This document shows, piece by piece, positions 1 through 11,827 of a DNA stretch of 52,195 nt. Position numbers and translations under genes: made by a program. Source of the stretch: Macrostomum lignano (lineage: Eukaryota). Under the pieces are notes generated by a model that was given only the letters and a program-made list of their open reading frames with translations, searched no databases and had not been told where the DNA came from. Numbering within the stretch: position 1 is the first letter of the stretch; each line of letters begins with the position of its first letter. The stretch is from the NCBI GenBank assembly GCA_002269645.1, contig NIVC01001766.1:1-52195 (forward strand). The letters are read 5' to 3'.

Positions 1-124
1 TTTCCAAATGTGTTTCGAATATGAAAAAATCAAAAAACCTAAAAAAATTATGCTAATGTAAAAGAAATACAACTTTTAAAAAGAAAATCAATTAAAAAAC
101 AAGAACACAAAATTTAACATAGTG

Positions 125-1623
125 GGGCATTTCCGCCAATTAGGCACTATCGGAAAATTACACTTCAACAAACAGAAAATGATGAATTGTAGCTTAAGCC
201 AGCTAATTAAAGTCAAACAAGGACTTAAACTGAAAAATACAACCACTTTTGCTCAATTTAAAGCTATTTAAAGATTGTTAATCGGCAAAATTAATGTTGA
301 AAAACCATTTTAAACTTACGTAGACGCCACTTTTTTGGATGTCCAAACACACAATTTTTAACTTCAACATTGAATAAAAGAGCGAAAAAAACATTCTTTA
401 TAGTAATTCTCTTTGTTTCATGAAAAAAAAATATTAAACTTTGTTAAAATCATTCCTTTTCGTCACAAAACCTGCAAGAAGTCATTGATTTTTGTCAGTT
501 TTCTTGCTATACCAAAAAGTTTAAACGGTAAGTTTTTTCATTTGTACTCATGTTGTACCCTCTCATTTACTCATAAGGCTTTCAATCTTCACGTTTTTTA
601 GCTTAAATGAAGGAAAACATCTTTGCGATGATGTATCAGTATATTTTTTAGCAATAGAATTTGCTTAATACATTTTTCTAAGACATTAATTTTTTTCGAT
701 GTGACATCTTAACCACAAGATTGTACTCATGTTGTACCCAATAATTTTTTTAGTGCTTTTTATCAGCTGAAAACGATATATTTATGGATTGCTGACATAC
801 AGAGCTTCACAAAAAGTGGTCTGCTGAACCTTAATCTGTCAAAATACCTTAAATATTAACATTTAAATGTAGTAAGCACACTACTTACACGAGATGTATT
901 TTCATGTTGTACCCTTTATTTTATTTTTTGCTAGTTTTTTTCTCAAAATCAGTCTTACAAGACTATCATTAGGTATAAAAGCTGGAAAATAAAACAGTTT
1001 CACCTTAATTTCTTGTTTATTTATCAATAAAAATGTAATTTACATTTTGCACTATAGTATGTAGATAGTAATTTACATAGTATTAAATCAATTTTCCCCA
1101 CATTTACTTGTAATATTGCTTCAGAAAAACTTTCTCTAGATTGTGGAAGCATATGCATTTCTTGCTGCTTGCAAAGTTGCACTGGAACTTCTGAATAATT
1201 ACGGTGATCGGCTAGTTACTGAAAAGTAAAATTAGAGATTTACATTCGGTATATCGCGCAGAAAAAACATTTTGACAAAGTTAAAAAATATTGTATGAAC
1301 TTATGCGCAAAAAAAACAAAATCTGAATTAAAAAGTTGATTAAAAGCATTAAGAAACAATTAAAAAATTATTGACTGAAAGTTAATTATAAGCAAGCAAT
1401 TACGCCTCAATATAAAATTTTATTCTCCTACGGTATTAATCGTCTTCTTAGATCAGTATAACTTTTATCGGCAACTTTTATTGTTACCAGAAAATTTCTT
1501 GTGCTTCTACAAGATAAAAAAGAAATTTAATAACAAATTCTAGTTAGATTTCCTGTTTTCAACATTTTTCTTCTTCTTTGCACACTCGGACACAATTTGT
1601 GTCCCTATTTGGCGGAAATGCCC
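125..1623. mobile_element. Degenerate AT-rich DNA-transposon-like element bounded by 15-bp inverted repeats
   Basis: GGGCATTTCCGCCAA at 125-139 and its exact reverse complement at 1609-1623, with partial pairing further in. No target-site duplication or transposase ORF recognised. Lies in PABP intron 1. Confidence 0.4.
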
Positions 1624-2010
1624 AATGTTGTTCATTTTTATAATTGTCTGTTTTTGCAGTATCTACATTTGGTCTTTCACTAGTTTAGTATGATTTCTGT
1701 AATCTTATAATAGGCCTAGATAATTAAAATCATATAAATTATAAGCAAGAATTGTGCTTAGCCAATACAAAATTATATTGAAATAAAATCATGCTTCTAG
1801 TATTAAAAACTACCTATAAAATTAAAAACATCTTTTTAAATAAACTAAGACTAAGTTAAGTAGCAAACTTGTATAAAATAACAATTAAACCTCGAATAAA
1901 ATACATAGCCTAGGGCCTAAGTAAACTTATATATGCTATATACACACAAATAGATTCCATCCCTAGTGACATTGACATTAACTTTACTTCGAATACTATT
2001 TTAAACTTAC

Positions 2011-2242
2011 CATCAGCAGGCTGCTGGAAATTGACATAGGCATATCCAAGTGATTTTCTAGTTATCATATCACGGCACACCCGGATAGACAGAAGCAGGG
2101 CCAGCCTGTGAAAACTTTTCAAATATCATCGCTTCAGTAACCTCGGGTGAAGGTCACCAACGTACAGGGAGGCCATTGGATAGGAACTGGGCTGTCCAGA
2201 AGCTCCAGACTGGTTAGGGTTAGGGTTAGCTTGCACTGCCAT
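2011..2242 (-). CDS. PABPC1: Cytoplasmic poly(A)-binding protein, first coding exon (RRM1 start); two compensating 1-nt indels in this sequence
   Basis: Reads [76 protein letters not shown], the diagnostic PABPC N-terminus. Followed by a G|GTAAGT donor at 2010. No further exon recognised in 1-2010. Confidence 0.92.
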
Positions 2243-3329
2243 CGCACTGACTGCACTGTTCAATGAGTTGTGTCTTCAGATACAAAAACAATCCGACAAT
2301 TTTTTTATTCCAAGCAACGTCCTTATCGATCGACGACAAAGTGGTCGAGAGGTAAAAACGTTCCGGTAAGTATTAGGTAAGGAAGAAGCAAAATTTTGTA
2401 GAGAGTGAAGTGAAAAATAGGAGCGGGCTCCGTTTGAATTGTATTAGATCCAGTTTACAACGTAAATGTAAAACAAAGTTTTATTGCACCACAACAGTTT
2501 ATATAATAATACTCTTGATAAGTATATTTATCGAAAAATTCAAAACAGAATATTTAGCTAGTCTTGTTTAAAGTTTATAAAATTTGAGAATACTTTTTTA
2601 AAAAACCTTTTCAAACTGCCGTGATGAGGAGGCACATCCGCCCGGCCTGTCCACCAGCAGAGCCCATGATGTGCGCGAAAAGGTATGTTAATGCGAAAGT
2701 GATTTATCAATGCATTTCACGATTCGTGGAGTATGAGACTGCATGAATACATGCCAAAGGTCGCGACTTTTTATATACTATGATGGGTAAAAACAGAAAG
2801 TTCTCGCTTTTTTATATAAAACCTTGAAATGAAGTACAGCTTATTTGAAGATATATTTGGTACCGTGGCGTAGAATTCGGGTTGCTCTACATCAGTCAAT
2901 GGCCTTTTTATAACTGCACACGAGGCTTTCAGAAATTCGTAGTCTTTTATCCTCATAAACGTTAAACTGCGAGAACTTTTTGTTTTACCCAACTACATGT
3001 ACGTACTTTTTAGTACATGTATGCAACTATGTAACTGTAGTTGCAAGTAGCGCTAGCTAGATAAATCTACATAGACATAGACATTTATATATTTATATAT
3101 GTATACATATGCATGTCTATACTCGTACATGGTATATAGACCACAAGTAGAGGACCAGCTTTATACATGTACATGTAATTCGTCCATGCATGATTTGGTA
3201 CGTGTACTTGCATTAATTTACTATTCACAGTCAATGCTACAGTACAGTTACATGTTGATGTGTAATGCATCATATGTTTGGATCCGGGTACCAATATCAC
3301 TCAAGGACAACTCAGGACGGTTACACTCG

Positions 3330-4965
3330 CGAGTGGTAGAAATTCTAGAAAAGGCCGCTTGCTTTAGCTGTGTCTATATGTGACCGGCCTAGCGGGAGCA
3401 GCATCAGGTATGGCAAGACGACCCCCGCGATTCGGCAAGCGAGGGAAGAGCTGGAGAGACGTCTGTTTGAGCAGGCGACCAACCCGCGAGGCAGAGGAGG
3501 CCTTGGCGGCTGTCTATCTGTCGCGCAAACAGGCTGTTGATGATGCCATTCTGGCCGCCGCTGGGCCTGATGCCCCCAGAGGCCGTGTGGCCTGCAGATC
3601 GGCTATCAAATCTCTGACGGGGCGAAAGCGGCGCATTCTACTCAACCTGACAGGCGACTCTGCGGACGAGCGCAGGAACGAGCTGCATGAGTTCTTCGCC
3701 GCCATTTGTCAACGCGCCGCCACTCCGCTGCCAGACAGTCTGACACGTCGGAGATGCCGTTGCCGGCAGAGGAGAGCTTCAGCCCAGCACCAGTCAGCAC
3801 AGCCGACGTTGTGAGGCTCGCCCAACAGTCAACGGGCGGGAAAGCGCTGGGTCCGGACGAGGTGCCCATCGAGGCGCTGCGCATCCACTGTGTGGCCAGT
3901 GAGGTCGCCAGAGTGATGAATCGCGTGCTCTTCGGTGAGGAGGCACCCAACGAGTGGACCACGGCGCACATCGTCGCAGTTCCTAAGAAGCCGGGCACCA
4001 CGAGGCTTGAGGATCGCATCGAGGTATCTGCCTGCAGTCCTGCGCCGTGAATTTGTTCAACCGGATGCTGTTATCGCGGTTGTAGATCGTGCTGGATCCG
4101 TACCTGCGTCCTGAGCAGAACGACTTCCGGTCCCATCGCGGCACAGTGATGCAGTTCCTGGCTCTTCGCCGAGTCATGCATCGAGGAAGCACGGATACGC
4201 CAGTCGATCCTGATTGTTATCTTCATAGATTTCAAGAAGGCACTCGTCTCGGTGGTCTGTGCTCCCATAGTTGCTTCTCGTGCGTAAAATGTGCCAGAGC
4301 AGCTGATTTCCGCCATCATGGCGATGTGCCGTGATACGAAAGCTGCTGTTTCAACACCGGACGGCCTATCGGACTTCTTTCTTTGTGCTTCAGGGAGATA
4401 CAGTACACTTGCACCGTTCCTGTTCGTTCTAGTGCTTGACTGGGTGCTCTTCCTACCAACGACGACGGCTTTCTGTTGCGGCGACTCGTGGGTCGACGTC
4501 AACTGGAGAGGCGGCTCAGCGTGCTTGGCTACGCCGACGATCTCGCCCTGCTGTCCTCAACTGGACAAGCTAGTTGCTGTCGGCCTGGTGGTCAACACGC
4601 AGAAGACCGTCGTGCTCTGCGTGCCGGACGACATCGAGGCTGCGATTTTGTGCCGAGGTACTGATGGACAGGCGACAGAGCTTCCGCGTTGTCAGCAGTT
4701 CGTCTACCTCGGCGGTCTGGTTCCCGGCGTCTGCGGGCTCGCCTGTGCTGCCTTTCGTTCTGTGAGGGCAGGGACTACTCAAGCATGTTTGAGTAGTCCC
4801 TGTGTGAGGGCTGTCCTGCAGTCCGAGGCCTTCCTGACGGCGTTGTTCCAGGAGTTGATCGAGACCGTCCTGCTGTACAACGCCGAGACCTGGACGCTAA
4901 CGGAGTCGCTCGAGGAGGTGCTGTTGCTAACGCTGCAGGCACCCTACCGGCGGGGGCAGGCGATA
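3330..4965 (+). mobile_element. Decayed RTE-type non-LTR retrotransposon (reverse transcriptase region, frameshifted, internally deleted)
   Basis: RT motifs spread over shifting frames: GKALGPDEVPIE, EWTTAHIVAVPKKPG, LRPEQNDFR, FIDFKK, TLAPFLFVLVLDWVL, LGYADDLALL, GLVVNTQKT, ETVLLYNAETWTL. Confidence 0.88.
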
Positions 4966-5453
4966 TAAAATATATGTACATATATAAGTGTCCAATCCTC
5001 ACAAGATCCAATTTCCACCCGCCTAAAACTCCGCGAAATTTTTATTCAAAATCACTGTACGTAGTAACGCACTTTCATTTAATGCATCGAAATGATCCGC
5101 GCCAATTTTTATATCCCACCGATCGAGGTTTTGTCCACAAAGTACATGTATGAGCGTACAGCATACAAATTTATTTTACAAAGACGTGGAAATTTGTCAT
5201 GACGTACTCATTTTAAATGCATTTGTACTTCTTTAATCACAGACATATATATGGAGCATGTTGATCATTATTATAGAGAACCTTTTTCTGATAGATTGTA
5301 GATACATACTCGCAGTAGTGTACGGCACTGAGATGTACATGAACACTGATTATTAATTCTATTTTCTTCGATAAATTATAAAGTGCTTTAAACAATACTT
5401 AAATATTTTGGTACAAATTTTGACCCGACATTTATTAATATCAAATAGCGCAG

Positions 5454-5988
5454 GCACCAAGAGGCGCCAGCACCAAGGGGCGCCAGCACCAAGGGACGCC
5501 AGCACCAAGGGACGCCAGCACCAAGGGCGCCAGCACCAAGGGACGCCAGCACCAAGGGGCGCCAGCACCAAGGGGCGCCAGCACCAAGGGGCGCCAGCAC
5601 CAAGGGGCGCCAGCACCAAGGGGCGCCAGCACCAAGGGGCGCCAGCACCAAGGGGCGCCAGCACCAAGGGGCGCCAGCACCAAGGGGCGCCAGCACCAAG
5701 GGGCGCCAGCACCAAGGGGCGCCAGCACCAAGGGGCGCCAGCACCAAGGGGCGCCAGCACCAAGGGGCGCCAGCACCAAGGGGCGCCAGCACCAAGGGGC
5801 GCCAGCACCAAGGGGCGCCAGCACCAAGGGGCGCCAGCACCAAGGGGCGCCAGCACCAAGGGGCGCCAGCACCAAGGGGCGCCAGCACCAAGGGGCGCCA
5901 GCACCAAGGGGCGCCAGCACCAAGGGGCGCCAGCACCAAGGGGCGCCAGCACCAAGGGGCGCCAGCACCAAGGGGCGCCAGCACCAAG
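5454..5988. repeat. 16-bp GC-rich minisatellite (GCACCAAGGGGCGCCA)n, about 33 copies
   Basis: Near-perfect head-to-tail array. The 16-aa periodicity of the overlapping ORFs (3 x 16 bp) confirms the unit length. Confidence 0.97.
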
Positions 5989-7393
5989 AATTAAGCACCA
6001 AGAATTAAGCACCAAAGTCAAAATAGTCTAGCTGCTGGCTAACCGCCGGCACAGATTCAATATAAGACGAAGTTTCAGCTTTTGTAGCTTTGCTCGAAAT
6101 TTGTTTGACTTGCAAACCGCATCCGCGATGGACATCGCTATACCACATTGCGTTTGTTCTACGGCAGTAGGAAGGGTGCAGATGGAGAATTTCTGTTCCC
6201 TTCGACTCTTCATATCTGTATATGCGAGCAGCGCTGTTTCGCCATTTGTTTCGCTGACCATGCAAATCAACATCTTCGACTTCTTTCTAGCAACAAATGC
6301 TACGTTGTTAAATACAAAGAGTTTTTCGTTTAATGCACATTTTTTACTCTACATGTACATGAGAGATAAGACATAGGCCATAGACTATGGCATTTAATGC
6401 ACGCTTTTACACATATCATGTTTCAATTTATTTGTATAACATATACATGTACGTCATGTACATGTAAGAATGAAGATCAGTGAGCAGACTGCAGTCTATG
6501 GTCAAAATGTGAATGTCCCCGAAAGCTTTTTGGCTGCGGCTGCGGAGTTGGCATTCTATCTTCTGATCGGTATTACACCATTTTACCTCCTATTTTGAAC
6601 AAAGTCTTGTTCAAATAACAGCCCCTGCGGAAATTCAATTCAAACAAAGTCCCTTTCTATTGAAACAGAAGAACTTCAATTCAGACTGTCTGTGGCTAAA
6701 ATTGTCCCCGAGTGACGCGTATGCGCAAACTTGAAATTCAACAGAAACAAAGTCACATTCTATTTCGACAGAGATTTTTGCACATAGGTACAAGTACATT
6801 TTCAGTATGATGAGGACGCACTTTTTCCCAAATCCCGCGCTAGCACATGGGCTCGAAACTTATTAGCCTACTAACAGTGGGCGATGGGCATTTTTATCCT
6901 TTTTCTGCAAATTGTCATAGAATCTATACTAGATATAATTTCTGGCCATACTAGTAGTCATAATAACATAGGCATTGCTTTTTGGGTCATAAATCATCGC
7001 TTTCGAAGCTGGTCTGACAGCCACCTGCGCCTCACTCAGTGTTGAGACGGGCGCCAGATGGTCTGAGAGGATGCGGGCGGTAGCTTTTTTCTCATCATTT
7101 TGACAGGCCATCAAGATTTATGAGGTCAGAGCCTATTGTTCGGATTCACTCAAGCGTGTGACAGCTTTGACAGCTATGCGTTTTACCCCTAAAAGTACTT
7201 TGGGATTAGCGATTAGCGATTTCTCTTCATTATCTTCACTTTTTATTTAATAAGAGCTTTCTAATGTATATTTTTTCATTAATTTCTGTCAATCCTACGC
7301 GAAAAGTCATAAATCATTTTGTTGCGATTTTGAGTGATTTATGGCCGCACCTGTCATCTTTTTACGACCCTGTGGGAACTGATAGGATCTCTC

Positions 7394-7856
7394 GGTCACG
7401 TGATTCTGGGTAGCAACAAGCTTAGCCAATCAGAAAATTCGGCGCTCATTTTAACAAAACGGCTCAGCCAATCAGAATCGACGTGTTCCGTTATAACAAA
7501 CTGCGGTCCAGTTGGCGGCTATTTAAACCGGAGTTTTTGGCCCGCTCGGACTAACTCTTGCTCGGGTCCAGCACGCAACTTCTGGTTCCCGGAGCGCGAC
7601 CGTCGTTTCTTGATCCCCGGATTGCGACTTCCCCCCATCATCATCAAGGACGAATCCCCCGGTCGTCAGCAGCGAACATCAAGCGAAGATCATCACCTGC
7701 TAGCTATTAGCGAAGATTGTGTCAGCATCATCCCGAGTCTACAGCTACAGAGCATCAAGCCGATTCGGTCACTGTGGATTACCTGGTCTCCGGCTGTTGA
7801 GTTTCTGATTGGTTGGGTGAGAGGCTACCTAGACTTGCTTGATTGGGTGATTCCCT
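7394..7856. promoter_or_regulatory. Promoter-like module: CCAAT boxes in opposite orientations around a TATA-like site
   Basis: AGCCAATCAG at about 7424 and 7467, TATTTAAA at about 7520, and reverse-oriented CTGATTGGTT at about 7806. No associated gene identified. Confidence 0.3.
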
Positions 7857-8893
7857 GTCTGTCCCCTGTTTCAGTAGCTGGATTAGGCGCACACTTTTGC
7901 TCATTTTGTTCAGTAGTGCTGGTACTGAGGCAGAAATCACTTAATAATACTGCTAGTAGTCTGAAACTCCAATTCAATCTGAGGTGTGAAGTGATTTAAG
8001 GAGAAGGCTAAATCTGACAGTTTTTTTTTATCGGTTTTAGTTCTTTGTTCGCCGATGGCTCAGATGAGTAGCTAAGCTAGTAGGCGCCGGTCACAGTGGA
8101 CCAATGGCAAGGCAGTTCTCAGTCGATCAATCAATCAAATCAGTGAACAAAACTGCCAGAAGTGCAGAATCGGCGCCAGAGATGTACTTTGTGCACTCTA
8201 GGTTAGCCAAGCGGCTCGGGTAATGAATCATGCGAGATCTCTGAAGTTCGAGTTAGTCTATCATCAGCGCTATGAGAGGCTAGTTGGCGCGTTGAAGGCC
8301 AAAAGTACATATCTTCGTATTTAGCAATGTAATAGTACATGTAGCTACCCCATAGACTCGCCACTGCAAGAATCCCCTGCACAAGTCCCCTCTGTACCTG
8401 CATGGCCAATGCGATCTAGTCCCAGCAGTGTCCCTTATCATCGGCTATGACTTCGAGATTGACAGCAAAAAGACACTAGTTGGCAGGTAAGGTGCAAAGC
8501 CCCTTCTAGTCGGAAGCCCGATTTCGAAAGTCCCGGTGTGGTGAGCCAGGACGCACGGGCTGGTGGCAGCGAGTTAGCTTAGTCTGCGGATTAGCTAATT
8601 TCTACCTTCAAAATTCTCCCTGCTTGTCTCTCGCTGTCCCTCTCTTAGCTATAGGACCTAGACTGCTCGCCACACGATCAAGCTACCATGGGGCTGACCA
8701 TCTGACAGGAGTGGGGGGCCAGGACTCTAATTGATTTATTTCTGAGGCCTGAGGCCCGAAGGTTCCCTAACAAGGGACCCGAAGGTCGAAACCCATCAAG
8801 TACATTAATCTAACTTTTTTGTTTTTCCTGTACTGCATAACTGTACAATCGTTGCGCAATAAGAAACGATATGAATGCTGAAGATCAGATTGA

Positions 8894-10071
8894 CAGTGAT
8901 AGGCACCGCTAAATATTTTTGTAGCGCCGCTATATAGCGTTTCCGCTATCAAATTTAAAAAAAAGTTAGCGCCGCTACGTAGCGGCCGCTATTTTAGTTT
9001 CAAAATTAGCGAACTTAGCGCCGCTAAATATGAAATTCGCTAAAGTTCAAAATTTCCTAAAAACATGAAAAAAGAATCATTTTTACCGTTTCTTTTGTTT
9101 AGTTTAAGCAGTGTAAATATTAGAAAGATTTTACTTTATATTTATTAAAATAAAACGCAAATTAGTCAAAAATTCGTCAAATTGAAAAAAGTAACTTGTT
9201 GTACTTATACTGCGCAAAGCCAAAGGATAAGGTAAGGTAACCGGTACAGTTAACACTAACACTAAAAGACAGTAGTACCGTAGTAAGTTTAAGTAACTTT
9301 ACTTAGTAAGTTGCCACTGCCAGTCGCCAAGTCGGTCACCGTCGCCGGTTGGCAGTCAGTGTTGGTAATTGACGTGACTATTTAAATTCTACTCGTACTA
9401 TCGGAATTGATTGAATTGCTGATTTACGGAATTGTATTGTAATTACGGCACTCGCAATTGAATGAATTGAATAAATTAAATAATAAAATGAACATTTATA
9501 GATTTATTTAGGAGATAAAATAATTATTCAGACAAAAAACAAACAGCAAGAACAACAGCAGCAAAAACGGGACAAGTAACAAAAACAAAAACAAAAGTTA
9601 GACTCATCACTCATCAGTCATCAGTCATCACTATATCGTCTATCAGGCATCAGGATCAGTCTATGATCTATCTATGAGTCCTATGACTATGAGTATGACT
9701 GATTATCAATTTATTTTATTTCTATCCCTATCAGTATCAGTATGACAGTATCAGTGAGTACAGTATACATGACTTGATTGTAAATTCTAAATACTGTCGT
9801 TACGTTACGTACGTTAAAAAAAAGATTTTTAAAATTAAAATCAGTTAAACAAAATTGTTTAGAAGACTGAAAACACTAAAAAACGATGTAAAAGAAAATT
9901 TGTTGCCTAAAATTTAGCGAATTTCAATTTTTAGCGAATTTGAGCGAAACGTAGCGGCGCTTTTGTAGCGTACGCTAAGTCAAAATTCAATTTAGCGATA
10001 TTAGCGAATTTCAAAAATCGTAGCGGCGCTATAGCGAATTTCAAATTTAGCGCCCGCTATGCCCATCACTG
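8894..10071. mobile_element. Non-autonomous hAT-type DNA transposon
   Basis: 12-bp TIRs CAGTGATAGGCA / TGCCCATCACTG (1 mismatch), perfect 8-bp TSD CAGATTGA (8886-8893 and 10072-10079), many subterminal TAGCG/CGCTA motifs, no ORF. Confidence 0.92.
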
Positions 10072-10763
10072 CAGATTGAAGAAGACGATGAATTGCTGGA
10101 AGAAGATAATATCGATGAATTTGAAGCAGAATTCGATGAAGATATCATGGAACAGCAGCCTCGGCAGTGCGCTATTGTTTAAGGAACAATAGAGTGTGAC
10201 CATATGACACTTAAAATCATTTGTCAACGGGATTCAAACCGTTTTTTACGTACTGCTCCCAGCATCTTCCAGCGTGCACTGGAAAGCTTAATTAAATGAC
10301 TCAAACAAAAATGCAAAACAAACGATACGCTCTTGCGTGCTTAGCAATTGCAGAGAAAATAAGACTAAAAACTAGAGAATATTTAATTGAAGTTAAATTG
10401 GAGCTAGTAAGTGGGCGCAGGGCCCAAACCGATATATTTATAAAACATTAATAACTTTGGGGGGTTGAGCCCAGAATAATGAGGAGAGGGGTGGGTGGAG
10501 TGTGCGAATGAAGAGAGAGGCGAGAATGGCATGCACTAACTACATGATTAATCTGAAATTCGTTGGCTCATGTATGTTGCTACATCGATAATGTTTATAG
10601 AAACAATGAGACAATAATGATTTAAAAAGTGCAGGGGATTATTTTAGTTAAAATAGTTCCTTTAAACTATAAGATAAAATCAACTACATTCGTAGGGCAA
10701 AATTCCTCACATATAACTAATCGTACAGTCAAGCGTCATTGGACAATGTACATTTACAGTTAA

Positions 10764-11022
10764 GGCCGGTTCACATTGTATGCATGTCATACTTTTTCAC
10801 CCGGACACAATTAGCCATTAGTTTTGACCATTATGCCATAGTAGATTCAAATCAGGGTAACCCAGTAATGGTTGGGACCTTAGATCCTGAAAATTGTGGT
10901 CTCTAAGGATATCTATGGTTTAGACCAAAGATCATATAAGATCTATGGTTTAGACCCATTTAAAATATTGTGCATTTTTTGCCCACAGAGCTATACTCAT
11001 GAGAGTAATGTGAACCGGGTCT
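10764..11022. mobile_element. Small MITE, possibly PIF/Harbinger-like
   Basis: Perfect 12-bp inverted repeat CCGGTTCACATT (10766-10777) / AATGTGAACCGG (11007-11018), TAA/TTA-like flanks, about 260 bp, non-coding. Confidence 0.45.
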
Positions 11023-11096
11023 TTATCTAAATTATAAAGTTGTCAGTGATTACCTCTCTGGCATTGTCACACAGTCATCGAGTAAATCTCTTCACT

Positions 11097-11508
11097 CTCT
11101 CTACGCTTCCTCAGTATCCTTGAGTCTGCCTCTCCGCTCCCTCAGTATCCTTGAATCTGCCTCTCCGCTCCCTCAGTATCCTTGAGTCTGCCTCTACGCT
11201 TCCTCAGTATCCTTGAATCTGCCTCTCCGCTCCCTCAGTATCCTTGAATCTGCCTCTCCGCTTCCTCAGTATCCTTGAGTCTGCCTCTCCGCTCCCTCAG
11301 TATCCTTGAGTCTGCCTCTCCGCTTCCTCAGTATCCTTGAGTCTGCCTCTCCGCTTCCTCAGTATCCTTGAGTCTGCCTCTCCGCTCCCTCAGTATCCTT
11401 GAATCTGCCTCTCCGCTCCCTCAGTATCCTTGAATCTGCCTCTCCGCTCCCTCAGTATCCTTGAGTCTGCCTCTCCGCTTCCTCAGTGTCCTTGAGTCTG
11501 CTTCTATG
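11097..11508. repeat. 31-bp minisatellite (CTCAGTATCCTTGAGTCTGCCTCTCCGCTCC)n, left part
   Basis: About 13 tandem units; the array is interrupted by the copia insertion. Confidence 0.95.
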
Positions 11509-11730
11509 TGTTGGCTTTTCAAACGCAGTAGTGTAGCTGATCGAGTATATTTCTTAGTCAACGAGCAAAAGGGGAAAGTTAAGAGAGGATGAAGCCAGAG
11601 GCTGATTTAATAGCTTTAGTTTTAGGCATAGACAAACTTATACAGTATCGTTCTAGAAAGTTCTAAGACTTGGGGAATCTAACGAGTTACTATAATTAGC
11701 ATAGATACAATTTACATTACTTTTTCAACA
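11509..11730 (-). repeat. copia 3' LTR
   Basis: Matches 15891-16112; preceded on the minus strand by the purine tract TAAGTGGGAG (11731-11740). Confidence 0.97.
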
Positions 11731-11827
11731 CTCCCACTTAATGAAAATTGTCTATCTATGCGGTTACAAAATTTGTCCAGTCTTCACAAAATTCTGATTA
11801 AGATGTCAGTAAATTCAAACTCCTCTG

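Noticed and set aside
2213-2229. Telomere-like TTAGGG repeats
   Set aside because: Only about 2.5 units, and they encode Asn-Pro-Asn-Pro-Asn in PABP on the minus strand.
5359-6031. Long ORFs and CRISPR-like appearance of the 16-bp array
   Set aside because: Head-to-tail repeat with no unique spacers, eukaryotic context; ORFs are stop-free artefacts.
8740-8796. Hammerhead ribozyme
   Set aside because: GAAAC is present but no CUGANGA core in a compatible stem arrangement on either strand.
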